Position numbers and translations under genes: made by a program | Shown: positions 13,886 through 27,846 of the stretch, piece after piece | Numbering within the stretch: position 1 is the first letter of the stretch | Layout of the letters: the number at the start of each line of letters is the position of its first letter | Origin: Paraspadella gotoi | Lineage: Eukaryota > Animalia > Chaetognatha | Reading direction: 5' to 3' | Length of the DNA stretch: 64,000 nt | NCBI GenBank assembly: GCA_051294375.1 | Contig: CM119267.1 | Span: 20,275,476-20,339,475, forward strand | The notes under the pieces: generated by a model | Told to the model about the DNA's origin: nothing | The model's input: the letters and a program-made list of their open reading frames with translations, nothing else | The model's database searches: none

Positions 13886-15024
13886 TGGCGAGAGAATACC
13901 GATAGATAGAGGGAGAAAGGAAAGGAGAGAGAGAGAGAGAAAGTAGAGAGAGAGAGAGGGTGATGAGAGAGAGAGAGAGAGAAGAAATTCCCCAATTATG
14001 TCTTCACCTTTTTTGTACTAATTTCCCTGGTGACCGGTTTTATTGGAAATGAGATCAAGGTCATCTTTTCTGGAAAAGAATGTTGGACGAAAAAGATCAG
14101 ACACACTATAAGTATTAAGTAAGTATTCAAAGGTCTTATTGCTTCATCTTTACTTTGGCTTTTTATTTCTTCCTTATTTTTTCCCTTTCTTTCATTTATT
14201 TAATTTTTGAGTTGTAACTGTTTGTTTTCCTATTTTTTCCCCACTCATCGCTTTGTGACTTTTTCTCTTTCTCTTCCTTTCTTAATTTTAATCTAAAACC
14301 TTTTTAGTTTTTATTTCTTTTACTTTCTTTATTTAGTTGTTAATTTCCTTTTCTTTCCTTTTGTTTCTTTTTTCTTTTTTCTCTTGATTTCACCTTTTTA
14401 TCTTTCTTTTCTAGTGACAAATTCGCTTCATTTCCTCTCAAAGGGCCTTTTAATTTAAGATTTTTTTGTGTCCTTTTTTTTCGCTTTAAAAAAAAAGCCT
14501 TTCTTTTTTCTTTTATTTTCATTCAAATCACTGAAAGCTCTAATTTTTTTTTTTCTTATTTCTGTCGAATTTGCGGAAAAAACTCCCATCCCGCTTCCCT
14601 AGGTATCATTATATTTATATTATATATGTATATATTTTGTTTCGTTATCAATATCAGCCCATAAATAATCCGAGTTAATCTAATATTGACAACACAACCC
14701 GGTCCAACTTTCATTCCACAACCACGGTATCTACCTTTTTACATTTCAATTTAATCCTTTCCTTCCTTTCCTTCCTATCCTTCCTTTCTTATCCTCCATT
14801 TCCTTCATTTCTTTCCTTTCCTTTCCTTTCTTTTTACTTTCCTTTCCTTTCTTTTACTTTCCTATTTCTTTCCTTTCTAAAACTTGTCCTTTCCCTTTCT
14901 TCCTTTCCCTCTCCCTTTTCTTTTCCCTTTTCCTCACTTCCACTGGACTCGACTTCCGATTATCGCCTCCTTAATTCATTCGCCACGTCACGTCGTCACG
15001 TCGACTCTTCAAACAAAGACAAGT

Positions 15025-15089
<65 letters not shown>

Positions 15090-15277
15090 CTTCTTCTCTT
15101 TCTTTCTCTCTCTCTATTTTTTTGGAAATTTCCTATTGGTAGTTCCTTGAGCGTCTCTGTGGCGTTGTATGGAATCGGACACAAATATTATTAATATCAT
15201 GGTCCGTTGATGTCGCCGTGACTAATTTTCTCTCTCTCCCCTCTCTCTCTCTCTTCTCTTCTCTCTCTCTCTCTCTG

Positions 15278-15318
<41 letters not shown>

Positions 15319-15527
15319 TCCTATCTCAATCTTAGATTTCGTGCAAATAAGTTGATAATTAAAGTTTCAGTGAACAGAAAAGAATTTTGGCAATACAAGA
15401 TAATGAAATAAATTAGATCAGCATTTTTTTTCACTCGCGATCCCGAAGTGGCCGTCGAAATTCGCGTTATCAGCATTTTGCTTCAATTTCATAACGCAAA
15501 AACCAGCTGCGTTGCAGGCTGTAGAGA

Positions 15528-15561
<34 letters not shown>

Positions 15562-15575
15562 CGAGAGAAGAGAGA

Positions 15576-15617
<42 letters not shown>

Positions 15618-15725
15618 AAGAGAGATAGGATTGATAGAAGAACGAAAATAGGAAAAAAAAAAAGTCAAGTTTAAATGTGGGAGGGGGTAAAAATGAGAGA
15701 GAGAGTAGAGATATGGAGAGGATAA

Positions 15726-15768
<43 letters not shown>

Positions 15769-16906
15769 AGAGAGAGAGAGGAGAGAGGAGAAAGTTACTA
15801 GTTAAAACTTTAAAAGGGAAAAGACTGAAAGAGAGAGGAAGAGGGATAAAGATGATAATATGATGACCGCTAAAATTTCATCAACCGAAAAGTTACCAAA
15901 TCCAACAGTTTTAATTTTCAAGTTTTTCTCCACAGGCCGACTCTTGTCCTATTTCTTTGATTCAATTTCGTTATTATAAACACTTTTACCTTAGCTTAGT
16001 CATAGACTCTTACCTTTATCTCTTAGACTCACCCATTTACTCGTCGCATCTGTTTGAGACTCGAGCCGATTAGACCCAGTTTTGCTTTCTGTCTTTTCTC
16101 TCTTTTTCTTTCGCTCTATCCGTATTATCTTTCTGTTTGTTTGTCTGCGTCAGTACGTTTGCCTCCCTTCTTTCTCAGCGAGTTTTATATCTTTATTGCT
16201 TTAAAAGTTTCGTATGTATGTCCTTGTTTTTGTCCCTTCGTGTCTGGCCTAATGTCTCTCGCCGAGTTATTGTTACAGTATCGACTGTTTAAAAGTTTAA
16301 TTGTATATTTATCTATTATTTTATTTTTATTCTACTTAATGATGAAAGTTTCATTAAAACGAGCGACATTTTTCGTCGTTCGTCTGTCTTCTTCGTTGAT
16401 GTTTCACATTTCTTTCTTGATTAATAAATGTTTCACTTTTCATTTTTTTTAAAACTTTATAATTTTAAATTTATAAGAGTTCGACGTGGATGGAGGAGAG
16501 GAACGTTGACGGTAAAAGTCAGGGATTGTAGTTAGTTTAGTTAATGGTAAGTTAGGTTTGAGCAAAAGATCCCCAGTAGCAGTTGGAACCTGGAAGAATC
16601 ATTGGCAGAAACTTCATTTGGTAACACTTTTTCTGATAAGGGAGTTAGGAAATTAAACTTTTGAAGTTATTTTTACAAATATTAACAATAGTTTATTCCG
16701 TCCGAAAATTTAAAGTCTTTTAACACTTGAGTTTAAAAAGCGAATTTAAAAGTGTTAAAACATTTAAAAGAGGAAATAAATGCGGGAGGAGAGTTGCGCC
16801 CAAAAAGAGAACGCCTCCAACCAAAGGGGGTTGAATAGTCTCGATTGATTTCCACTGGTTTTACAAAAAACCGTTTCTACAGTACTACATACACACACCA
16901 CACCCA

Positions 16907-16988
<82 letters not shown>

Positions 16989-17407
16989 CTCTTTTCTCTC
17001 TCTCTCTCTCTCTCTCACTCATCAGCAACCGCCCCCACTCGAATTGCTCTCCAAATCCAGAAAATAAATTTAAACAAACTTCGCTTCGAATTAAACATTG
17101 CGAGGCCCGATTGAATCCAACGGCCTTATTGATTCGACCCCCCATTTTTCTAATTAAGCGCTTGTTGCTACGGTTTGGCGTCGCGTCGGTCGTACTATGG
17201 ACTTAAGCTAACGCAGAACCTAAGAAGAAGGCACGCCCATTCGCAGTACCATCTGGATTACCATTCGGCATTACCATACGCATTACCATCCGGCTTTCAC
17301 GGAAAACTTTCCGGCACATCATCCAGAGCTCCCATCGTTCGCGGGAGGCGTGGCATTTTTCATGTTCCCGTTTCTCTTCTCTTCTCTTCTCTCCTCTTCC
17401 TCTCTCT

Positions 17408-17460
<53 letters not shown>

Positions 17461-18518
17461 CTCTCTCTCTCACTCCCCGGGGCAATTTTAATTCTCCTCC
17501 GTTTTCCAGTTGGCGGTTTTTTTTGTTTTTTTGTTTTTGTTTTCAGTTTATTTTTTTTTTTCAGTTTTTTACTGAGCCCTTCGTTTTGTCATCCGAATTG
17601 CTGAATTTGCTGATTTCGTCGAAAGGAAATAAAGGGAATTAGCGGGAAAATAAGGAAATAATGGGAATTAAGAAAATTTAGAAAAGGAAAAAATGTATAT
17701 GAGATTAAAAGAAAAGCGAAAAATTAGGGAAATGAGAGCCAACTTAAGTAAAAGGAAATAAAGGAGGAATACAAAAAAGTGGAGAGAAGAGAGGAGAGAG
17801 AGAGGAGAGAGAGGAGAGAGAGAGAGACGAGAGGATGAGAGAGAGAGAGAGGAAAGAGAGTGAGAGAGAGAGAGAGAAGGAGAGAGAGAGAGAGAGAGAA
17901 GAGAGAGGAGAGAGAGAGATGGTCAGGCCCTTTTCAATTCATTACACAGCAGAGTCTTAGAATAATAAAACAATAAAAATAAAAAGGAATAAAGATCGAA
18001 ATCGAATTCGCAAGGGTTGAGGAAAGCGGGACCCAGATATTGATAACATTTAAGATTATTACTCAGTTTCCAGGTTTGAAGGCTCTTTTCTCTTTCGACG
18101 AGTTCATTCGTCATCTCAATTGGTCTGGTGCGAGGTCGACCCTTGGGACATTTTTCTATCACTACATTTTCTCTCACGACCATTTATTTCACTCGCTATT
18201 TTTCACGATACCCAAGAGCATCTTTCTATCACTATCACTTAATCTTTTTTTTTTCTCACTCGCTATTCTCTTCTATTCGCTTCCCTCTTTCATTACTTCT
18301 TCTTTCTTTCTTATTTCTTCTTTCTTTCTTTCTTTCTTTCTTCTTTTCTTTCTTTCTCTCTTTCTTTCTTCTTTCTTTCTTTCTTTCTTCTTTCCTTTCT
18401 TTCTTTCTTTTCGATCTTTCTTTCTTTCTATTTTGCCTTTTTTTCTTTTCTCTCCTTTTTCTTCCTCACCTTCGTCGAGGCGACAATATCGTTGATGAAG
18501 CTGGAATATGTAGATTGG

Positions 18519-18574
<56 letters not shown>

Positions 18575-19314
18575 AGCGATGAGAGAGAGATGAGAGAGAG
18601 AGAGGAGAGAGAGATGAGAGAGAGAGAGAGAGACAGAATAAACACTTCTTATCCGTTATTCAAAGACTTAAAGGTAATTAAGTGTCACCGGGGAGGAAAA
18701 ATGTCAACGACGACGACGACAACGACGACAACGAGAAGGACGAAGACAGTAAAATGTTGACTAAACTTGACCAGAAACAACGAAGCGATGAATAAAGTCT
18801 GATGAATTAAAGTCTGATGGATAATGAGTCTGTATGAAATATTGAATTGACGACTATAAGAACCGAAAAATGATGCGAGAAATATATAAACAAAAGGACA
18901 AAAAATGATATAATTTGGAATCTGAATAACGACGACGATATCGTTCGTATGTAAACCCAAAACAAGAAACGGGAAATTTGAAAGACGTTGGCCACCGCCG
19001 TGACTTTTTTCGGATTTCCTAATTGATCACGTGACTTACACAAGCGAAGAACTCGCGCCGAAACTAAAAAGAGACGCCATTTTTTTACGGCAAATTTTCT
19101 GTCAGTAGGGCAGGCCGACCGAACGGAGGAAAAGATGGCTGGTACGAGAACATTGCCAACTTTGCCGAATGGCACTATGGCGCGGGACAAGACAAGCCCA
19201 CCTTGCAAGATGTCGACGAAAAAAAGACGGGCCACCTTGCGACCGGGAGAATGACGGGTACAACTTGTAACGGAGAACCGGAAAAAAAAAAGTCGATGAG
19301 TCAATAGAATATTA

Positions 19315-19450
19315 GATGATGACGATCAGATAGGATGACGATCAAGATGATGACGATCAAGATGATGATGATCATGATGATGACGATCATGATTGATGAC
19401 GATCATGATGATGACGATCAAGATGATGACGATCATGATTGATGACGATC
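19315..19450 (+). repeat. 15-bp tandem repeat GATGATGACGATCAW (about 9 copies)
   Basis: Directly visible; mirrored at 22389-22519 and partly at 30091-30127. Reads DDDD(Q/H) in one frame. Confidence 0.92.
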
Positions 19451-20912
19451 GAGCGAGAAATCGAAACCAACGCTATCGAAGCCGAGCCAAGCAAGTGGGG
19501 GGGGGAGCGAGGGAGTAGGGGGAGGCGGTTGTAAGGATAAGATGTCAATTGCGAGGGTAAGTGCAACGTCTTTTAAATTTGGCGACGGTTCCGACGACGA
19601 CGACCAGACGACGACGACAACGACGACGCAGGTTTTACAATCCTTACGTCGTTCGGGATTCATTTAGAGTCAGACTGGGAAGCGACCTCTCGTCAAACGA
19701 AAGGGCGAGAGAAAGAAAAAGCTTCGCGTCCCCATTTCTTGCGCGTCCACTCCGTTAAATTCGTTACATCCTCGAACGGAGAGGCGAACGCGTTAGATCG
19801 AATTTACATCCCCTCTTTTTTTTTAAACGGACGCGAACGATGAGGCCGATGGTCAGTAGCGACGCGAGAAGAGAATTTAAGAGCGGGCATGTGAACACTG
19901 AACAGCTGACAATGAGAACTGATAATAAACGTGCTTGCGGGGTTCCTGTTATTTTTTATCTTGCGAGAAGGAGGAAGATCTTAAAACCATAGCCGCTCGA
20001 AAGTCAGGGGCAAAGTTAGGTTTATATTAATGAATTATTACTTTTCATTACTTATTCTTATTACATTTCAAGAAGCGAACTATGCCATTGCCGAAGGATC
20101 CATGCAGTCGCCAATTTTACAGTAGTCAATCATTTCAATTTGTATTGATAAAAGTATAACACAAAATAACCAAATAGCAACAAAATTACAAAAAAGTATA
20201 GTCAAGACTTTGACCAAAAGACAAGACAAAAGACAAAAGACAAAAGACCAATTAACAAGAGACATAAGTCGGTGGCCAGTTTGATTACGGAACAACGAAA
20301 TCGACGAGTACGAAGCCAACGAAGGCATTTCGGAGAACAACAACAACAACAATCACAACGACGCAGGTCAATGGCGCGCCCTCTCGTCTCCGCGACGAAC
20401 CTCGTTGAATTCACGCGGAGTTCGGCGCGAGGGTCCAAGGTGTTCGAACCCAGGCGAAAGCGATATTTACTGCGAGCATTTTGTTGCGTAATTGACGAAA
20501 ATTGTGGCTTCGCCTTGAGAATTGAGATCAGCGAGAAAGGCGGGAAACTTCGAGGTTGAAGAGGCCAGAGAGGACGAGGATGCGACGACGACGACGACGA
20601 CGACGACGACAACGATGTCGTCGAAACTTTCTCGCGTCAACATCGATGGAGTTTATTCATTCTGATCTCATTTTCCTTCTATTCTTCAACAACACATGTT
20701 CCCCACGTTGCCATTAACCTCCTTCTTTCCCTTCCTCTCGTCTTTTGTCTCTCTATACTTTCTTCTCTCTTCCCCATCCCCAATATCATCTCCCCCCACG
20801 CCCCCCCACCCCTCGGACATCGGAACCTCCCCGTCTCTTCCCTCGAGTTCTCAAATTTCGCAACAGCCTTCCCTCATTGAATGACTTCGTCCACCTTGAG
20901 GAAAGTATTCGA

Positions 20913-20987
<75 letters not shown>

Positions 20988-21205
20988 GGCAGGAAAACTT
21001 ACGCAATTTACAAGTGTTGTGGTTCGTTCACACACAGTGACTTCGCCAATTAAATAAGCTCAGTTTCCATTTCATATTGGGGATGGGGAAGAGAGAAGAA
21101 AAGTATAGAGAGACAAAGGACGAGAGGAAGGGAAAGAAGGAGGTATGGCAACGTGGGGACATGTGTTGTTGAGAATAGAAGGAAAATGAGATCAGAATGA
21201 ATAAA

Positions 21206-21243
21206 CCATCGATGTTGACGCGAGAAGTTTCGACGACATCGTT

Positions 21244-21274
<31 letters not shown>

Positions 21275-23110
21275 TCCTCGTCCTCTCTGGCCTCTTCACC
21301 TCGAAGTTTCCCGCCTTTCTCGCTGATCTCAATTCTCAGAGGCGAAGCCACAATTTTCGTCAAATTACGCAACAAAATCTCGCAGGAAATATCGCTTTCG
21401 CTGGGTTCGAACCCTTGACCCTCGCGCCGAACTCCCGTGAATTCAACGAGGTTCGTCGCGGAGACGAGAGGGCGGCCATTGACTGCGTCGTTGTGATTGT
21501 TGTTGTTGTTGTTCTCCGAAATGCCTTCGTTGGCTTCGTACTCGTCGATTTCGTTGTTCCGTAATCACTGCCACCGACTTATGTCTCTTGTTATTGGTCT
21601 TTTGTCTTTTGTCTTTTGTCTTTTGTCTTTTGTCAAAGTCTTGACTATACTTTTTTTGTAATTTTGTTGCTATTTGGTTATTTTGTTTATACTTTTAATC
21701 AATACACAATTGAAATGATTGGACTACTGTAAAATTGGCGACTGCATGGATCTTCGGCAATGGCATAGTTCGCTTCTGAAAGTAATAAGAATAGTATGAA
21801 AAGTAATAATTCATTATATAAACTAACTTGCCCCTGACTTTCGACGGGCTATGGTTGGTTAAGATCTTCCTCCTTCTCGCAAGATAACAAAATAACAGGA
21901 CCCCGCAAGCACAGTTTACTTCAGTCAGTTCTCATTGTCAGCTGTTCAGTGTTCACTGCCCGCTCTTAAATTCTCTTCTCGCGTCGCTACTGACCAATCG
22001 CCTCATCGCTTCGCTCCGTTTAAAAAAAAAGAGGGGATGTAATTCGATCTAACGCGGTTCGCTCTCCGTTCGAGGATGTAATCGAATTTAACGGAGTGGA
22101 CGCGCAGAAATGGGGACCGAAGCTTTTTCTTTCTCTCTGCCCTTTTCGTTTGACGAGAGTCGCTTCCAGTCTGACTCTAAATGAATCCCGAACGACGTAA
22201 GGATTGTAAAACCTGCGTCGTCGTTGTCGTCGTCGTCATCGTCGTCGTCGTCGGAACCGTCGCCAATTTAAAAGACGTTGCACTTACCCTCCATTGACAT
22301 CTTATCCTTACAACCGCCTCCCCCCTACTCCTGCTCCCCCCCCACTTGCTTGGCTCGGCTTGATAGCGTTGGTTTCGATTTCTCGCTCGATCGTCATCAT
22401 CATGATCGTCATCATCTTGATCGTCATCATCATGATCGTCATCATCATGATCGTCATCATCATGATCATCATCATCTTGATCGTCATCATCTTGATCGTC
22501 ATCATCGATCGTCATCATCTAATATCTATTGACTCATCGACTTTTTTTTTTCCGGTTCTCCGTTACAAGTTGTACCCGTCATTCTCCGGTCGCAAGGTGG
22601 CCCTCTTTTTTTCGTCGACATCTTGCAAGGTGGGCTTGTCTGTCGCGCAAGTCTTCGGAGTTGCAATGTCGTCGTAGCTTTCTCCGTCGTCCTCCCTACG
22701 CGAAATTCGTAAAAAAAGTCTTTTATTTCGATTCTCGCTTGTGTAGTCACGTGATCAATTAGGAAATCGAAAAAAGTCACGGCGGTGGCACGTCTTCAAT
22801 TTCCCGTTTCTTGTTTGGGTTTTACATACGACGATATCGTCGTCGTTATTCAGATTCCAAATTATATCATTTTTGTCTTTTGTTTATAATATTTCTCCAT
22901 CATTTGTTTCGTTCTTATAGTCGTCATTCATATTTCATCAGACTTTATCTCATCAGACTTTAATTCATCAGACTTTATCATCGCTTCGTTGTTCTGGTCA
23001 AGTTTTAGTCAACTTTTACTGTCTTCGTCTTCGTCGTTGTCGTCGTTGTCGTCGTCGTCGTTGACATTTTTCCTCCCCGGTGACACTTAATTACCTTTAA
23101 GTCTTTGAAT
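21206..23110 (-). CDS. Candidate Asp/Glu/Asn-rich low-complexity protein exons (also 18670-20650 on + and partly 30091-30630 on -)
   Basis: About 120 codons are open at 21563-21206 (NNEIDEYEANEGISENNNNNNHNDAVNGRPLVSATNLVEFTGVRREGQGFEPSESDISCEILLRNLTKIVASPLRIEISEKGGKLRGEEAREDEDDDD...VVETSRVNID). Strong acceptor ttattactttcag at 21776. The upstream block has codon-phased repeats (KSDEI x3, DDDDH/Q, poly-D) and is readable only across single indels. No domain recognised. Confidence 0.4.
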
Positions 23111-23134
23111 AACGGATAAGAAGTGTTTATTCTG

Positions 23135-23167
<33 letters not shown>

Positions 23168-23183
23168 TCTCTCCATCTCCTCT

Positions 23184-23240
<57 letters not shown>

Positions 23241-23831
23241 TCCCAATCTACATATTCCAGCTTCATCAACGATATTGTCGCCTCGGACGAGGTGAGGAAG
23301 AAAAAGGAGAGAAAAGAAAAAAAGGCAAAATAGAAAGAAAGAAAGATCGAAAGAGAAAGAAAGAAAAGGAAAGAAGAAAGAAAGAAAGAAAGAAGAAAGA
23401 AAGAGAGAAAGAAAGAAAAGAAGAAAGAAAGAAAGAAAGAAAGAAAAGAAATAAAGAAAGAAAGAAGAAGTAATGAAAGAGGAAGCGAAATAGAAGAGAA
23501 TAGCGAGTGAGAAAAAAAAAAGATTAAGTGATAGTGATAGAAAGATGCTCTTGGGTGATCGTGAAAAATAGCGAGTGAAATAAATGTGGAGAGAAAATGT
23601 AGTGATAGAAAAATGTCCCAAGGGTCGACTCGCACAGACCATTGAGATGACGAATGAACTCGTCGAAAGAGAAAAGAGCCTTTCACCTGGAAACTGAGTA
23701 ATAATCTTAAATAGTTATCAATATCTGGGTCCCTTTCCTCAACCCTGCGAATCGATTTCGATCTTATCTTTTATTTTTATTGTTTTATTATTCTAAACTC
23801 TGCTGTGTAATAATTGAAAAGGGCCTGACCA

Positions 23832-23885
<54 letters not shown>

Positions 23886-23896
23886 CACTCTCTTTC

Positions 23897-23932
<36 letters not shown>

Positions 23933-24286
23933 CTCTCTCTCCTCTCTCTCTCCTCTCTTCTCTCCACTTTTTTGTATTCCTCACTTTATTTTCCTTTTAC
24001 TTAGTTGCTCTCATTTCCCTAATTTTTCGCTTTTCTTATTAATCTCATATACTTTTTTCCCTTTTCTAATTTTCTTAATTCCCATTATTTCCTTATTTTC
24101 CCTAATTCCCTTTTTTCCTTTTCGACGAATCAGCATTCAGCAATCGGATGACAAAACGAAGGGCTCAGTAAAAAAAACTGAAAAAAAAATAATAAACTGA
24201 AAACAAAAACAAAAAAACAAAAAAAACCGCCAACTGGAAAACGGAGGAGAATTAAAATTGCCCCGGGAGTGAGAGAGAGAGGAGAG

Positions 24287-24336
<50 letters not shown>

Positions 24337-24725
24337 AGAGAGAGGAAGAGGAGAGAGAGAGAGAGAGAAGAGAAACGGGGAAACATGAAAAATGCCACGC
24401 CTCCCGCGACGATGGGAGCTCTGGATGATCGTGCCGGAAAGTTTTTCCGTGAAAGCCGGATGGTAATGCCGTATGGTAATGCCGAATGGTAATGCCAGAT
24501 GGTACTGCGAATGGGCGTGCCTTCTTTAGGTTCTGCCGTTAGCTTAGTCCATAGTACGACCGACCGACGCCAAACCGTACAACAAGCGCTTAATTAGAAA
24601 AATGGGGGTCGAATCATAAGGCCGTTGGATTCATCGGGCCTCGCAAATGTTTAATTCGAAGCGAAGTTTGTTTAAATTTATTTTCTGGATTTGGAGAGCA
24701 ATTCGAGTGGGCGGTTGCTGATGAG

Positions 24726-24832
<107 letters not shown>

Positions 24833-25937
24833 TGGGTGTGGTGTGTGTATGTAGTACGTAGAAACGGTTTTTTGTAAACAGTGGAAATCAATCGAGACTA
24901 TTCAACGCCCCTTTGGTTGGAGGCGTTCTCTTTTGGGCCAACTCTCCTCCCGCATTTATTTCCTCTTTTAAATGTTTTAACACTTTTAAATTCGCTTTTA
25001 AACTCAAGTGTTAAAAGACTTTAAATTTTCGGACGGAATAAACTATTGTTAATATTTGTAAAAATAACTTCAAAAAGTTTTAATTTCTAACTCCCTTTCA
25101 GAAAAAGTGTTACCAATGAAGTTTCTGCCAATGAATTCTTCCAGGTTCCAACTGGCTTATCTGGGGATCTTTTCTCACCTAACTACCATTAACTAACTAA
25201 CTACAATCCCTGACTTACCGTCAACGTTCCTCTCCTCCATCCACGTCGAACTCTTATAAATTTAAAATTATAAAGTTTTAAAAAAAATGAAAGTGAAAAC
25301 ATTTATTAATCAAGAAAGAAATGTGAAACATCAACGAAGAAGAAGACGAACGACGAAAATGTCGCTCGTTTTAATGAAACTTTATCATTAAGTAGAATAA
25401 AAATAAAATAATAGATAAATATACAATTAAACTTTTAACAGTCGATACTGTAACAATACTCGGCGAGAGACATTAGGCCAGACACGAAGGGACAAAAACA
25501 AGACAATACATACGAAACTTTAAGCAATAAAGATATAAAACTCGCTGAGAAAGATAGGGAGGCAAACGTACTGACGCAGACAAACAAACAGAAAGATAAT
25601 ACGGATAGAGCGAAAGAAAAGAGAGAAAAGACAGAAAGCAAAACTGGGTCTAATTCGGTCGAGTCTCAAACAGATGCGACGAGGTAAATGGGTGAGTCTA
25701 AGAGATAAAGGTAAGAGTCTATTGACTAAGCTAAGGTAAGTGTTTATAATACGAATTGAATCAAAGAATAGGACAAGAAGTCGCCTGGTGGAGAAAACTT
25801 GAAATTAAAACTGTTGGATTTGGTAACTTTTCGGTTGATGAATTTTAGCGGTCATCATTTATCATCTTTATCCCTCTTCTCTCTCTCTTTCAGTCTTTTC
25901 CTTTTAAAGTTTTACTAGTACTTTCTCCTCTCTCCCT

Positions 25938-25987
<50 letters not shown>

Positions 25988-26100
25988 TTATCCCTCTCCA
26001 TATCTCTTCACTCTCTTCTCTCATTTTTACCCTCCCACATTTAAACTTGACTTTTTTTTTTTCCTATTTTCGTTCTTCTAATTCAAATCCTATCTCTCTT

Positions 26101-26142
<42 letters not shown>

Positions 26143-26149
26143 TCTCTCT

Positions 26150-26191
<42 letters not shown>

Positions 26192-26395
26192 CTACAGCCT
26201 GCAACGCAGCTGGTTTTTGCGTTATGCAAATTGAAGCAAAATGCCTGATAACTGCGATTTCGACGGCCACTTCGGATCGCGAGTGAAAAAAAATGCTGAT
26301 CTAATTTATTTCATTATCTTGTATTGCAAAATTCTTTTCTGTTCACTAAACTTTAATTATCAATTATTTGCACGAAATCTAAGATTGAGATAGGA

Positions 26396-26457
<62 letters not shown>

Positions 26458-26608
26458 AAGAGAGAGAGAGAGGGGAGAGAGAGAAAATTAGTCACGGCGA
26501 CATCAACGACCATGATATTAATAATATTTGTGTCCATTCCATACAGACGCCACAGAGACCTCAAGGAACTAAAACCCAATAGGAATTTCCAAAAAAATAG
26601 AGAGAGAG

Positions 26609-26685
<77 letters not shown>

Positions 26686-27771
26686 ACTTTGTCTTTGGTT
26701 TGAAGAGTCGACGGTGACGACGTGACGTGGCGAATGAATAAGGAGGCGATATCGGAAGTCGAGTCCAGTGGAAGTGAAAGGAAAAGGGAAAAGAAAAGGG
26801 AGAGGGAAAGGAAGGAAAGGGAAAGGAAAGTGTTTAGAAAGGAAAGAAATAGGAAAGTAAAAGAAAGGAAAGGAAAGTAAAAAGAAAGGAAAGGAAAGGG
26901 AAAGGAAATGAAAGGAAATGGAGAGATAAGAAATAGGAAAGGATAGGAAAGGAAAGGAAAGGAAAGGAATTTAAATTGAAATGTAAATGAAGTAGTAGAT
27001 CCGTGTTGTGGAATGAAGTTCGGACCGGGTTGTGTTGTCAATATTAGATTAACTTCGGATTAATTTATGGCTGATATTGATAACGAAACAAAAAAATATA
27101 TACATATATAATTATAAATATAATGATACCTAGGGAAGCGGGATGGGGAGTTTTTCCAATTCGACAGAAATAAGAAAAAAAAAAATTAGAGGCTTTCAGT
27201 GAATTTGAATGAAAATAAAAGAAAAAAGAAAGGCTTTTTTTTTAAAGCGAAAAAAAAGGTAACAAAAAAATCTTAAAATTAAAAGCCTTTGAGAGGAAAT
27301 GAAGCGAATTTGTCACTAGAAGAAGAAAGATAAAAAGGTGAAATCAAGAGAAAAAGAAAAAAGAAACAAAAGGAAAGAAAAGGAAATAACAACTAAATAA
27401 AGAAAGTAAAAGAAATAAAAACTAAAAAAAGGTTTTAGATGTAAAATTAAAAGAAAGGAAGAGAGAAGAGAAAAAGTCACAAAAGCGATGAAGTGGGGAA
27501 AAAATAGGAAAACAAAACAGTTACAACTCAAAAATTAAATAAAATGAAAAGAAAGGGAAAAAATAAGGAAGAAATAAAAAGCCAAGTAAAGATGAAGCAA
27601 AAGACTTTGAATACTTACTTAATACTTATAGTGTGTCTGATCTTTTCGTCCAAATTCTTTTCAGAAAAGATGACCTTGATCTCATTTCCATAAACGGGTT
27701 CACCAGGGAATTAGTACAAAAAAGGTGAAGACATATTGGGGATTTCTTCTCTCTCTCTCTCTCTCATCACC

Positions 27772-27804
<33 letters not shown>

Positions 27805-27846
27805 CTTTCCTTTCTCCCTCTATCTATCGGTATTTCTTCTCGCCAT

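Larger units (their letters stand above)
11633..20786 (-). repeat. Left arm of the 18.4-kb fold-back (copy 1 of a ~9-kb segment)
   Basis: Starts aatgctgttaatagtc, the reverse complement of the last bases before the 30066 gap. Ends ccccatccccaatat, the reverse complement of 21074 onward. Collinear throughout, with mostly small indel differences. Confidence 0.97.

Noticed and set aside
22278-22677. His-rich (DRHHH)n and Ile/Val/Met-rich ORFs
   Set aside because: Alternative frames of the 15-bp repeat; the surrounding frames favour the Asp-rich minus-strand reading.
23261-23291. 31-nt + strand micro-exon ttccag|FINDIVASDE|gtgagg
   Set aside because: The splice sites look good but no partner exons were found; unresolved.
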